A stretch of 63,397 nt of DNA, filler included, from Octopus bimaculoides (lineage: Eukaryota): NCBI RefSeq assembly GCF_001194135.2. It is 8 parts of 7 records of this genome, joined end to end, with 100 filler letters (N's around TTAATTAATTAA, not from the genome) between each part and the next. Parts side by side here need not be neighbours in the genome. Positions count along the whole stretch, not along the records: positions 62,347 to 63,397 come from NC_068995.1; 7 more parts are not named here. One strand, written 5' to 3'. The first letter of the stretch is position 1; every line of letters starts with the position of its first letter. A program made the translations under genes and the position numbers. Shown here one piece after another: positions 62,991 to 63,397 of the stretch. The notes below the pieces were generated by a model, which saw only the letters and a program-made list of their open reading frames with translations, ran no database searches and was not told the DNA's origin.

Positions 62991-63397
62991 ACGAATAAGC
63001 ATTTGTGCAAGAGAGAGAGAGAGAGAGGGGGGGGGCATATAGACAATCAAACAGAGACTGAGAAAAGCTTATGATGGAGAGCTGTCAGGCAGGGTTTCCC
63101 GCGGAGGAAGCAGACACAGGTTTAGGGATTCCGATTTATTCGTCTAAGAGAAGAGTGTAGAGCAACTGTGTGTGTACAAACAAACAAAAAGAACGCAGTT
63201 TGAATAACAGACAGAATCAAGAACTATTGAAAAGGTTGCAAGACGCAACGAAAATTTTAGAAAGATACATAAGTGGAAATTTTACCGGTGAGTGTGTTAA
63301 ATTATAAGGCACTAAAAGAGAATGATTCTCCCCAGACACAACAGAATATGCTTCAACACACAAGCTCACATAATGAATCTTGCAAACCAAAACCAGA

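Larger units (their letters stand above)
12375..63397 (+). other. Probable very large Argonaute intron (>51 kb; 3' end not in readable sequence)
   Basis: Strong donor at 12375; no exon resembling the expected VELEVTLPGEG...LDVVMRH segment seen by eye downstream. It could be hidden in an N gap. Confidence 0.55.

Noticed and set aside
63071-63299. Nearly open frame with one internal stop and a GTGAGT donor-like site
   Set aside because: Not similar to the expected Argonaute exon or any family I recognise.

Overview
AT-rich, microsatellite-dense animal genomic DNA from a gapped draft assembly. The repeat families and composition suggest an octopus (inference, not tested). The only host gene I can support is a miRNA-class Argonaute (AGO1/AGO2-like) on the + strand. 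Two N-domain exons (11417-11606, 12254-12374) have the intron phases I recall for human AGO2 exons 2-3. The first exon is not identified, and the next expected exon (VELEVTLPG-like) was not found by eye in readable sequence, so most of the window is probably one intron of more than 51 kb. That intron is filled with transposon relics: a near full-length RTE LINE with a PHD finger inside its RT, three Penelope-like elements, Helitrons, mariners, Dong/R4-type fragments at (TAA)n, a solo LTR, and many tRNA-derived SINEs. The most notable unannotated signals are structured RNAs in this Argonaute intron: a hammerhead ribozyme with an intact core in sense orientation (23629-23721) plus degenerate relatives, a 27-bp pre-miRNA-sized hairpin (13135-13201), and several long inverted repeats. 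Repeat boundaries are approximate unless a TSD or terminus is quoted. No rRNA, true tRNA or CRISPR array is supported.
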